This document shows, one piece after another, positions 21,235 to 29,032 of a stretch of DNA of 64,000 nt (position 1 is its first letter; each line of letters begins with the position of its first letter). Location of the stretch: positions 1 to 64,000 of IMG/VR virus record IMGVR_UViG_3300022928_000019; one strand, given 5' to 3'. The position numbers were made by a program, and so were the translations under genes. This DNA is from a virus. A model generated the notes under the pieces. The model was not told where the DNA came from. It saw only the letters and a program-made list of their open reading frames with translations, and made no database searches.

Positions 21235-21653
21235 GTGACAATAAAAAGTCAGGTACTTACTATGAACAATTATTTATATGCGAGTGCCTAAATAAGGGAA
21301 TGGATGTTTCAGTACCCATAGGTGACTACAACCAATACGATGTAATAATAGATACAAGTAAAACCCTCTTTAGGGTTCAGGTTAAAGGTACAGCAAGTAA
21401 AAGGAGGGACAGAAGAAGTGGCTATAGTATAACCACAGGAATGGGTCGGCATACATCCAAAAAGACTAGGTACCAGGATGATGCATATGATATACTAGCT
21501 GCTCTTGTTATCAGTGATGGTTATCAGTATTGGTATATAATACCCAAGGATAAAGTTGGCACAAATTTAACACTAAAATTATTCCCATCTCCGGACAGTA
21601 AAGCAAAGTGGGAGAAATATAGACATGGGTGGGATTTAATTTGTAAGATGTAA
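21231..21653 (+). CDS. PD-(D/E)XK endonuclease (I-Ssp6803I-like family)
   Basis: E..F...L..G..VS.P.GD...YDVIID...RVQVK...YD.LA...WYIIP. Confidence 0.8.
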   Translation: MSDNKKSGTYYEQLFICECLNKGMDVSVPIGDYNQYDVIIDTSKTLFRVQVKGTASKRRDRRSGYSITTGMGRHTSKKTRYQDDAYDILAALVISDGYQYWYIIPKDKVGTNLTLKLFPSPDSKAKWEKYRHGWDLICKM

Positions 21654-21671
21654 CCTAATAATCTAGGTTAT
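21650..21671 (+). promoter_or_regulatory. GTAACCTA-type motif
   Basis: GTAACCTA ATAATC TAGGTTAT, 7 nt before ATG at 21679. Confidence 0.7.
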
Positions 21672-21678
21672 TTTATAT

Positions 21679-21810
21679 ATGAAGTGTCCAGTTACCAAAA
21701 AAAATTGTAGCAACCCCAAGTGCAAAAGTGGATGCATGATGAAAAAGAAAAAGGCCAATGCATCTAAAAGGGGCAAGCCTGCTCGTAAGATCAAAAAGAA
21801 GGGTTACTGA
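21679..21810 (+). CDS. Small basic Cys-containing protein (43 aa; not in ORF track)
   Basis: MKCPVTKKNCSNPKCKSGCMMKKKKANASKRGKPARKIKKKGY; follows the motif and is coupled to the next ORF by TGATG. Confidence 0.65.
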   Translation: MKCPVTKKNCSNPKCKSGCMMKKKKANASKRGKPARKIKKKGY

Positions 21811-21902
21811 TGGCCTGTGGATTATGTGGAGGGAAACGTAAGGTTTCCAAGGGAAGACCAGTCAAGAAGCTCAAGGTAAAAAAGAGGCGTGGCAAGGGCT
21901 AG
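21810..21902 (+). CDS. Small basic protein (30 aa; not in ORF track)
   Basis: MACGLCGGKRKVSKGRPVKKLKVKKRRGKG; stop-start overlap with the previous ORF. Confidence 0.55.
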   Translation: MACGLCGGKRKVSKGRPVKKLKVKKRRGKG

Positions 21903-22128
21903 AAGAGTATACAAGTCTGGTAGAGCTAAGTCAGAGTATGATGCTTACCATGGCAAGGCCGAGCAGATAAAAAGAAGGTCTGCTAGAAATAAGGCTCGAA
22001 GGAAGGCTAAGTGTAAAAAAGGACAAGAGGTTCACCATAAGGACATGAATCCTAAAAACAATAAGAGGAGTAATTTAAAATGCGTTTCCAAGAAAACGAA
22101 CAGAAGAAAACAGCCGAAGAGAAAATGA
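21889..22128 (+). CDS. Small basic HNH-like protein
   Basis: EVHHKDMNPKNN..NL...NR HNH motif; YHGK..QIKRR..RNKARR N-terminus common in phages. Confidence 0.7.
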   Translation: MARARRVYKSGRAKSEYDAYHGKAEQIKRRSARNKARRKAKCKKGQEVHHKDMNPKNNKRSNLKCVSKKTNRRKQPKRK

Positions 22129-22328
22129 TGTCTTCCTATCACGAACAGGTTGATGCGTTTTCTATGGATCTTGATAACCTAATAGCTAGGTATCAACAGG
22201 AGTTCGATTTGACTGTGGAGACAATGGTCGGGTGCTTGGAGTGTACGAAGACTGCATTAGCTCAGCCAATGATAATAGATATGGGTAGTGAGATGCTAGA
22301 TGATGATGAGACCGAGACTCTAAACTAA
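22125..22328 (+). CDS. Small acidic hypothetical protein
   Basis: Likely ATG at 22125 overlapping the upstream stop (the ORF track starts at 22080). Confidence 0.6.
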   Translation: MMSSYHEQVDAFSMDLDNLIARYQQEFDLTVETMVGCLECTKTALAQPMIIDMGSEMLDDDETETLN

Positions 22329-22351
22329 CTAACAACCTAATAATAATCATC

Positions 22352-22750
22352 ATGTTCGGTAGAAAAAAAAGAAAAAAAAGAGCAAGAGCTAGAAATGCTG
22401 CTGCTAGAAATACTGCTAAGAATAAAACTAGCAATAAAACCAAGCAAGCACCGCCTCCCCCACCTCCTAATTTCGACACAAAGGCAGTAGAGAAACAGAT
22501 TAAGGGAACTTTTAAGAAAAAAGGCTTAGGGAAACTTAAGTTAAACGCGCCAAAGGGTACTCCTAAAGCAAGTCCCAAGAAAGCAAGTCCCAAGAAAGCA
22601 AGTCCCAAGAAAGCTATTACTCCAAAGCGTACTACTCCAAAGCGTACTACTAGAAACTCGAGAGCAACCAGGGGTCTTGTTAATAATGCAAGAGGAAGAG
22701 CCATGAGAAGCCCAAAATTTCGTTCAAGATTCGGACGCAGACGTAGATAA
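22352..22750 (+). CDS. Histone H1/protamine-like basic protein with SPKK/TPKR repeats
   Basis: TPK-ASPKK-ASPKK-ASPKK-AITPKR-TTPKR; K/R-rich throughout; 15-bp repeat at about 22565-22615. Confidence 0.7.
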   Translation: MFGRKKRKKRARARNAAARNTAKNKTSNKTKQAPPPPPPNFDTKAVEKQIKGTFKKKGLGKLKLNAPKGTPKASPKKASPKKASPKKAITPKRTTPKRTTRNSRATRGLVNNARGRAMRSPKFRSRFGRRRR

Positions 22751-23070
22751 TGGCCAAGAGATCTAAGAGGTCTCGCAAGAAAGCTTCCCCTAAAGCTTCC
22801 ATGAAGTGTGGGCAGGTCAAAAAATCTAGTAGACCTGGCAAGAAGATAATGAAGAAGTATTGCACTGGCGGAAAAGAAAAGCTAGTGCATGCAGGTGCTA
22901 AAGGGTATGGTAATAACTATTCTCGTAAGGCAAGGTCTTCATTTAAGAAAAGACACAAATGTGGAACTGCAAAGCCTGGGACTGCAAGGCATTTAGCATG
23001 CACTGAACTTTGGGGCGGGAAGGGTAAGAGAAAAACTTCCTGCCCCAAGGGGCGTAAGTGCAAGGCATAA
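22750..23070 (+). CDS. Basic Cys/His-containing phage protein
   Basis: KLVHAGAKGY...RSSFKKRHKC...LW pattern seen in aquatic phage hypotheticals. Confidence 0.65.
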   Translation: MAKRSKRSRKKASPKASMKCGQVKKSSRPGKKIMKKYCTGGKEKLVHAGAKGYGNNYSRKARSSFKKRHKCGTAKPGTARHLACTELWGGKGKRKTSCPKGRKCKA

Positions 23071-23282
23071 TGGACTACTACATTCTCATAGGAATTGGTG
23101 TGGCTCTTTCAGTGTTAGGATTTTTCCTGAAAAGAATGAAGGAGGATATTGATATCGTGAAATCTAAGAATGCAAGAGTCGAAATCAACCAAGCAAGAAA
23201 CCACGAGAGAATCAATAACTTAGAGAAGGTAGTAGAGGATCGGAGAGAAGATATTAAAAGGCTATTCGAGATTATGAAGTAA
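23070..23282 (+). CDS. Single-TM plus coiled-coil protein (holin/hemolysin-like)
   Basis: YYILIGIGVALSVLGFFL TM segment then coiled coil; ATG overlaps the upstream TAA. Confidence 0.5.
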   Translation: MDYYILIGIGVALSVLGFFLKRMKEDIDIVKSKNARVEINQARNHERINNLEKVVEDRREDIKRLFEIMK

Positions 23283-23833
23283 TGGAACAGTCAAGCCCAT
23301 CCTCTAAACCTGATCCAACACTTATAGAACCCCGGAGGAATCTCAAGGAGTTTATAGTCTGGGATCAAAGTTCTACATCACCACCAATACTACCAGAGGG
23401 GTATAGCCCTGGCTCAGCCGAGTCTGATAATTTAGCGACAGCGCAATACTTGGATTTGACAAAAAAGATGTCAGATGGTGACCCACTATGGGAGAATATA
23501 GTCGAATTTGTCGATATTACTGGCGTTGCTTCATATGATGATGCATGGCGAGCATACGAAGATTACAAGAATGGTGATATTGGTGGGCTAGAGTTTATGA
23601 TAGAAGGGGTGGGTGCTTTGCCTGTAGTTGGAAGAATAAAAAAAATTATCGCAACGAGTAGGATGGCCAACAACCCCCTACAAAGGATGACTGCCAAGGC
23701 AATAGATACCTATGGGAAAGCAAGAACCCCTGTAAATATTATAAATAAAGGAGATGCATTACAGGATATAGATGAGGATCAGAATAATGGGAGGGTATCA
23801 GATACTCTTAATAGGTTGCTTTATGGAAAGTGA
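23282..23833 (+). CDS. Hypothetical protein
   Basis: 183 aa; VDITGVASYDD...GALPVVG motif resembling pre-toxin-like helical hairpins. Confidence 0.6.
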   Translation: MEQSSPSSKPDPTLIEPRRNLKEFIVWDQSSTSPPILPEGYSPGSAESDNLATAQYLDLTKKMSDGDPLWENIVEFVDITGVASYDDAWRAYEDYKNGDIGGLEFMIEGVGALPVVGRIKKIIATSRMANNPLQRMTAKAIDTYGKARTPVNIINKGDALQDIDEDQNNGRVSDTLNRLLYGK

Positions 23834-23853
23834 GTAAGTGTTTTTCCATCTAG

Positions 23854-24894
23854 TCACTTATGGACATAGCCTTCGGTTGTCTTGGTATTTGAGTGACCGA
23901 CTGCCTTACCAATATCCTCTAGGCTTAATCCTGCTTTATCTAATCTAGTAATACAAGAGTGCCTAAGGCAGTGAAACGACCTGCCATATATGTCTAATCT
24001 CTCGCACAACCTTTTGAAGTAAACACTAGGCTTAGATCTAGTCTTTGGGTTGGTTATAATATCATGCCATTCAGGAAAGCAGTATACCTTATCTTCAACA
24101 TCTATCTCACTGAGTACTTGTTGTATTATGCCCGAGCCAAAGTACTGACTAGTAGTATCAATTGATACCAACTTGTCTCGCTTTATCGTCCATACCACCA
24201 TCTTCTTTCTATTCCTAATGCTGTCCCACTCAAGGGATGCAATGTCTGCTAGCCTAAGACCTGTCCAATAGGATATGGCAGTAGCCTGTCTAAAGAAATA
24301 TGGTGCATTCTTGATTATTTTATCTACCTCTTTCTTGAGGAATATATCTCTTTCCTTGGGGGTCTTTTGTTTGTGGGTAAGCTTGGAATTGTCTATCTTA
24401 AGAAACATAAGTGGGTTAGTCATTACATACATCTTTATCTGAGCAAAGTTCCATAGCTGACTCATGGTTGATTTACGTAATGCCCTCATGCTTAATGAGG
24501 TTCCATCATTCTTATTCAAATAGTCGTAGATATCTTTTTCAGATATACTAGCAATTGGCTTATCAATACATTTGTAAGCCTTGCCGAACTGCTCGTATAT
24601 CGATGTCATCGTGTAGATGGAATTCTGTGATGTTGCACTAAACTCCATGTGCTTCTTGTATTCCTCGACAACATCCCAGAACTTCATGGACTTACTGCCT
24701 ACGATCTTTGTTATAACATCAGCAGATAAAACGCCTAGCTTACCAGCATCCTCAAGCTCTGATATCCTAAGATCTTTCACGAGCTTGTTTGCTTCTTTGC
24801 GATCCCTTGTCCTCAGGTGGGTGGATCTCAATGTGCCATTGATATCCTTGTACTTGACTGAGTAGTCACCGCTCTTGTTTTTCACTATTTTCAT
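23854..24894 (-). CDS. int: Tyrosine recombinase/integrase 1
   Basis: TGLR, K, HCLRH, VGH, TEGY: full catalytic set. Confidence 0.93.
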   Translation of the reverse strand: MKIVKNKSGDYSVKYKDINGTLRSTHLRTRDRKEANKLVKDLRISELEDAGKLGVLSADVITKIVGSKSMKFWDVVEEYKKHMEFSATSQNSIYTMTSIYEQFGKAYKCIDKPIASISEKDIYDYLNKNDGTSLSMRALRKSTMSQLWNFAQIKMYVMTNPLMFLKIDNSKLTHKQKTPKERDIFLKKEVDKIIKNAPYFFRQATAISYWTGLRLADIASLEWDSIRNRKKMVVWTIKRDKLVSIDTTSQYFGSGIIQQVLSEIDVEDKVYCFPEWHDIITNPKTRSKPSVYFKRLCERLDIYGRSFHCLRHSCITRLDKAGLSLEDIGKAVGHSNTKTTEGYVHK

Positions 24895-24918
24895 TTTGTT
24901 ACACTCCTATGGGTTAGG

Positions 24919-27168
24919 TTACACATGAGCAAGCTCTAAACTCTTAGCTTGCTTAGCGAGTTTGTCTCGCAGTTCCATCCACTCGAGTTCCATCTCTATC
25001 TCACTCTTAGTCTCAATGAGATCCTCATCAAAACTAAGGAAGTGGTCAGCCATTATATCATCAACACTACCATCTTGGTAATCCACTGGCACATACTCGC
25101 CTAGTATGCACATGGTGGCAGCGTCTCGCTTGTCTGCTAGCTTGTCAAACATGGACTCCTCAATTGTATCTTTGCTAAGAAGCACAGTAATATCTGCATC
25201 CCTCTTAGAGTTTACTCGGTACACCCTACCTAGGGCTTGATGGAATGACCCATAGCTCCATTCGAATGATCCGATTATCATATTGGGGCAATCAGGAAAG
25301 CTATGTCCAACTGCACACTTAGCACCCATGAGCAGTACTTGTGTATCATGCCTCCTGAATTGATTAGCCTCCCGAGCATGGTCTGATGCATTTGAGTCTA
25401 TCCTAGAGAACGAAACATCTGCGTCCTCTAGTCTGTTGGACAGTTCATCTGTCTGACCTATGCATGATGATATATGAATGACCTGCTCACCTTGTGATAT
25501 GTACTTATGTACAAGCTCGAGCGTGGTGATAAGCTTGGGATTGAAGTTAGATGACACCACTCCTTCATTAAATGATCTACCTGCAGGATCTGCACATATA
25601 CCACGTAGCCTCTGCAACTGAACTCCATAACATGTCTTTGGATCCTTGTATGGTATATTCTTAATATCTAGGTTGTGGGCATATAGTTTCTTTTGGGCAT
25701 ATCCCAATGGCACTCTGAGTGTCTTTACATTACACTTAACTACATCAGGGTTACATTGCTCCTTGGATATGAAAGCAACGAGTGACTTAAGGACTTTGAG
25801 TAATCTCTGAGCCTGACTGATAATTGGACTAGTCTTAATACATGAGGATCCATTTCCCCTGATAGCCTCCTCGGTGTAGTCTCTCTCACGTGTAAGGAAT
25901 GTGCTACAAAATGTAGCCTCATCCTCTAGTGCATATGGCCACCTAGGATTACTCTTCTTGCCATGAAACCAATTCGGTACTGCGAGCCATCCTAGTATAG
26001 GGAATATGTTCGGTAGGATATTAGGTATGGGTGTAGCAGTTAAGGCATACCTATACTTAGGTTGAAGTCTAATGATTGCCCGAGTTATCGCTGAGTCTAG
26101 TGACTGCATGATGTGAGCCTCATCGAGCATAACACAATCAAAGTGGTGTCCTGCTATGCTAGATAGACTAGGCTTCAGCACACAAGTGAATCCATTGTGA
26201 GTTTGCCCGATGCCACAATGATATTCGTTATCTACCGATGGAGGGTTATCGGGATCCCATGGTGCATTGTAGCCAAGGTCTCGCATCTTTGACCTAAGCA
26301 ATCTCTCACGATCCTGTGCTGCCCATGATCTAGGTATAGTTTCTATACCACCATTGAGGAAGAATGCAGTCGGGTAGGTTATATAAACACCTGTCGGCAG
26401 TGTGCCATCACTACGAAGATGTTTGTAATAGTCATCAGCAGAGAAGATTGTACGCACTTTTGTGTCGGGTGAGAACTTAGCCATCTCTGCGATCCATTGA
26501 GCGGGGTCATACTTCTTCAGCCTACCATCGGAACTTTTGACAGTACCCTTGGGTGCTACCAAGAGAGTACGCCTAGCATTCTTTAGGGAGTTCAATGCGA
26601 TTGCCATGCATGTCTTACCTGTACCTACATCTCCACACACTAGTGCCTGATCAACACATGCCACTCGAGCAATGTAATCAAGCTGACCAGGATAGAAGGT
26701 AAAGTCATTTATTTCTTCTAGTACTCTGCATTTATCCTTAATCCGATTGAATGCCTTGGGTCTAAGTTCAGCAACAGTCTTAACCTCGGGCATCTCAAAG
26801 AAGTCCCACATCTGAATAGATGTAAGTTCGTAATCTCCAATAGGATTATCCCGAAAAACGAACTGCCTCTTTCTGTCATCAGTGAATGCATATCCGGCAT
26901 CAACGCCCGATCTCTCGATGTCATGATCTACCACATAGGTTCGACCACTCTTCTCGGTGTGCATCTTCTTCTTGGACACTGGTCTAGTGTATGAATACTT
27001 GAGTCTCTTAAAGGTGTAATCTTTACCTGCAGTTACGCGAGGTAACAATGTCTTGGTCTTAGAGCTAGGTGTTTGCTTAGCAGTCAAGACCTTCAACTCA
27101 TCCACCATCCCGACCAACTCATATGGGGTCAGAGGGAGTAGGGGAGGAGAGGTATACTTATACTTCAT
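24919..27168 (-). CDS. SNF2-family (SF2) helicase
   Basis: DVGTGKT, DEAH, LTATP, QALGRVYR motifs. Confidence 0.92.
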   Translation of the reverse strand: MKYKYTSPPLLPLTPYELVGMVDELKVLTAKQTPSSKTKTLLPRVTAGKDYTFKRLKYSYTRPVSKKKMHTEKSGRTYVVDHDIERSGVDAGYAFTDDRKRQFVFRDNPIGDYELTSIQMWDFFEMPEVKTVAELRPKAFNRIKDKCRVLEEINDFTFYPGQLDYIARVACVDQALVCGDVGTGKTCMAIALNSLKNARRTLLVAPKGTVKSSDGRLKKYDPAQWIAEMAKFSPDTKVRTIFSADDYYKHLRSDGTLPTGVYITYPTAFFLNGGIETIPRSWAAQDRERLLRSKMRDLGYNAPWDPDNPPSVDNEYHCGIGQTHNGFTCVLKPSLSSIAGHHFDCVMLDEAHIMQSLDSAITRAIIRLQPKYRYALTATPIPNILPNIFPILGWLAVPNWFHGKKSNPRWPYALEDEATFCSTFLTRERDYTEEAIRGNGSSCIKTSPIISQAQRLLKVLKSLVAFISKEQCNPDVVKCNVKTLRVPLGYAQKKLYAHNLDIKNIPYKDPKTCYGVQLQRLRGICADPAGRSFNEGVVSSNFNPKLITTLELVHKYISQGEQVIHISSCIGQTDELSNRLEDADVSFSRIDSNASDHAREANQFRRHDTQVLLMGAKCAVGHSFPDCPNMIIGSFEWSYGSFHQALGRVYRVNSKRDADITVLLSKDTIEESMFDKLADKRDAATMCILGEYVPVDYQDGSVDDIMADHFLSFDEDLIETKSEIEMELEWMELRDKLAKQAKSLELAHV

Positions 27169-28049
27169 GCTGCCTCCTTATGTTTCTTTACTTTGTATAT
27201 GATCTTAGGATACCGACCTTGGGCGTCAGGTATCGGTGGGATAAGAATATCTTGCCCCTGTTTGTTTACGAAGTAGTCGCTATGCAAGGTACGCAAGTGA
27301 CCGACTCTGCCATTTTTAAGCGGACTAGATTTCTTCTGTCCATTTTTTTCTTGGTATTCCCTAATAACTTTAGGCAAGTAGACCACGCGATAGAGTGATT
27401 GCTTTGAGTCTATCTTGTACTTCTTCTTGATCTGCTTCATTACCTTCTTGTTGCTCCGATCAATTCTACTTGGAGCAAAGTATGGTATAGCCGAGTAGTT
27501 GATTACCTTGAGTGCCATAAGCACAGTCTCCATTACTTTAATGGCATTATCATCATAGCCTGCGAACTCTATGAACTCTGAGATCTTCTTTCTGAGTTCA
27601 CCCTCGCCACACTCACTCGGTAGGTTGCCTCGGATATGCCCGGATGGATGCTTGATTGTGTATATGATTACATCATCAAACCATACAGGTATTCCTGTTG
27701 CATCTGGCCCCCACTGCATTGACAGCTTGCAGAGTAATTCCTTTGCTGCTTCATCCTCCAATTTGCATGCATATTCCCAAGCATGTTGAATTAAGTTTGC
27801 CTGGTGTCCCTTGCTAATAACTATCTCATGGTATTCCTTATCCTCGAACTTAATAGTCAAACTTTCGCTAGGCCACTTTGACTTAGAAAAGTTATTTGTA
27901 ACATGGGTTGCTTGCATGGCATCTGTCACGCTTTTATCTACGAGCATAGTTTGCCCATAGTGGTTATTCCATACTTCATTGATAATACCTACTGCAGTGG
28001 TTGAATCATCATACTCTGCACCTTCACTTCCGAATATTCTCTCAGTCAT
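27165..28049 (-). CDS. Hypothetical phage protein
   Basis: 294 aa; C-terminal R.GHLR motif; AGAAAGGA upstream on the minus strand. Confidence 0.65.
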   Translation of the reverse strand: MTERIFGSEGAEYDDSTTAVGIINEVWNNHYGQTMLVDKSVTDAMQATHVTNNFSKSKWPSESLTIKFEDKEYHEIVISKGHQANLIQHAWEYACKLEDEAAKELLCKLSMQWGPDATGIPVWFDDVIIYTIKHPSGHIRGNLPSECGEGELRKKISEFIEFAGYDDNAIKVMETVLMALKVINYSAIPYFAPSRIDRSNKKVMKQIKKKYKIDSKQSLYRVVYLPKVIREYQEKNGQKKSSPLKNGRVGHLRTLHSDYFVNKQGQDILIPPIPDAQGRYPKIIYKVKKHKEAA

Positions 28050-28085
28050 CTCTCATCCTTTCTTTGTTGGTTGTTTAAAATAAAT

Positions 28086-28252
28086 TCAGTCGGGGGCAGG
28101 TTTTTGGTCATCACGTGGATTTGTTGCCCACGCTCGCATTATCCCTTGCGACCTTGCCCGAAGGCTTCTCCACCTTAGATGCACTGAATATAGATGCACC
28201 TAAGGCTCAAAATGGAGGCATTAAAGATCGCTCCCTAAGAACCCCCGACTGA
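28086..28252 (-). ncRNA. Candidate structured ncRNA (about 167 nt)
   Basis: Perfect 11-bp closing stem TCAGTCGGGGG/CCCCCGACTGA, internal cUUCGg hairpin, multibranch helices; motif copy 3 nt upstream. Confidence 0.6.
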
Positions 28253-28255
28253 TAT

Positions 28256-28277
28256 GTCACCTATGATACTAGGTTAC
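28256..28277 (-). promoter_or_regulatory. GTAACCTA-type motif upstream of the candidate ncRNA
   Basis: Minus strand reads GTAACCTA GTATCA TAGGTGAC. Confidence 0.65.
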
Positions 28278-28517
28278 TTTCTTGTGAAGAGCGTAACCCA
28301 TGCAATTCTTATTCGAGTCCCACACTAGAAACATTTGCCCCTGCTGTAGTGCGACAGTCGTCAGAGGTATTAACTCCTGAGGAAGATGTAGACTATTAAA
28401 CCTTAGTGCTATGTCCTCGGCTAAATCACCATCTTGCTTGACGGACTCTGTTTCAAACACCTCATATGCTTTATCAATATTAAACGGAGGTGGTTTAAAT
28501 TTTTCTAGCCTACTCAT
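28269..28517 (-). CDS. Hypothetical protein
   Basis: 82-aa ORF coupled by ATGA overlap. Confidence 0.6.
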   Translation of the reverse strand: MSRLEKFKPPPFNIDKAYEVFETESVKQDGDLAEDIALRFNSLHLPQELIPLTTVALQQGQMFLVWDSNKNCMGYALHKKVT

Positions 28518-29011
28518 GATATAGCCTTATTAAGTATCCTTGCCAACTCATCCTTTACTATAAAGCGTACACGATCTTCTGTCAGATTATTGTTAAGAAG
28601 AGTAGCAATGGCATTGAGCCTAGGGTCAGGTCTCGGGCTATTGCGCTGCCTTGGAGGCTGCGGTGGGGTATCCTCATCCTCATCCTCATCCTCGTCCTCT
28701 TCCTCGTCCTCTTCCTCCCAAACTGCCTCGATTGAGTCACGACTTATGTTTGGTTCTGCTAGTTTTGCAATGGGTACTAGCATCTTGTAGATCTTTTGCT
28801 TGGTTGAGTGGATCTCGTCATCCCTCATGTCCTCATCCTCAGCCCAGTCATCACCGAAGAAGCTCTTTAATAGTTCTCCCTCGTCTAATACCACTGACTG
28901 AAGTGAGTCACAGTCGGCATCAACGTTTTCTTGAAGCCATTGGTTAACCGCATCCCTAGCATTAGGGTTAGCGCGTTGTAGTTTTAATATTTCTTTGTAG
29001 TAGTCACTCAT
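28514..29011 (-). CDS. Acidic hypothetical protein
   Basis: Poly-E/D tract; motif copy at 29015-29036 directly upstream. Confidence 0.65.
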   Translation of the reverse strand: MSDYYKEILKLQRANPNARDAVNQWLQENVDADCDSLQSVVLDEGELLKSFFGDDWAEDEDMRDDEIHSTKQKIYKMLVPIAKLAEPNISRDSIEAVWEEEDEEEDEDEDEDEDTPPQPPRQRNSPRPDPRLNAIATLLNNNLTEDRVRFIVKDELARILNKAIS

Positions 29012-29032
29012 GATGTAATACAGGTATATAGG

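Noticed and set aside
22186-22704. Hydrophobic 172-aa minus-strand ORF as a membrane protein
   Set aside because: Mirror of the Lys/Arg codons of the SPKK gene.
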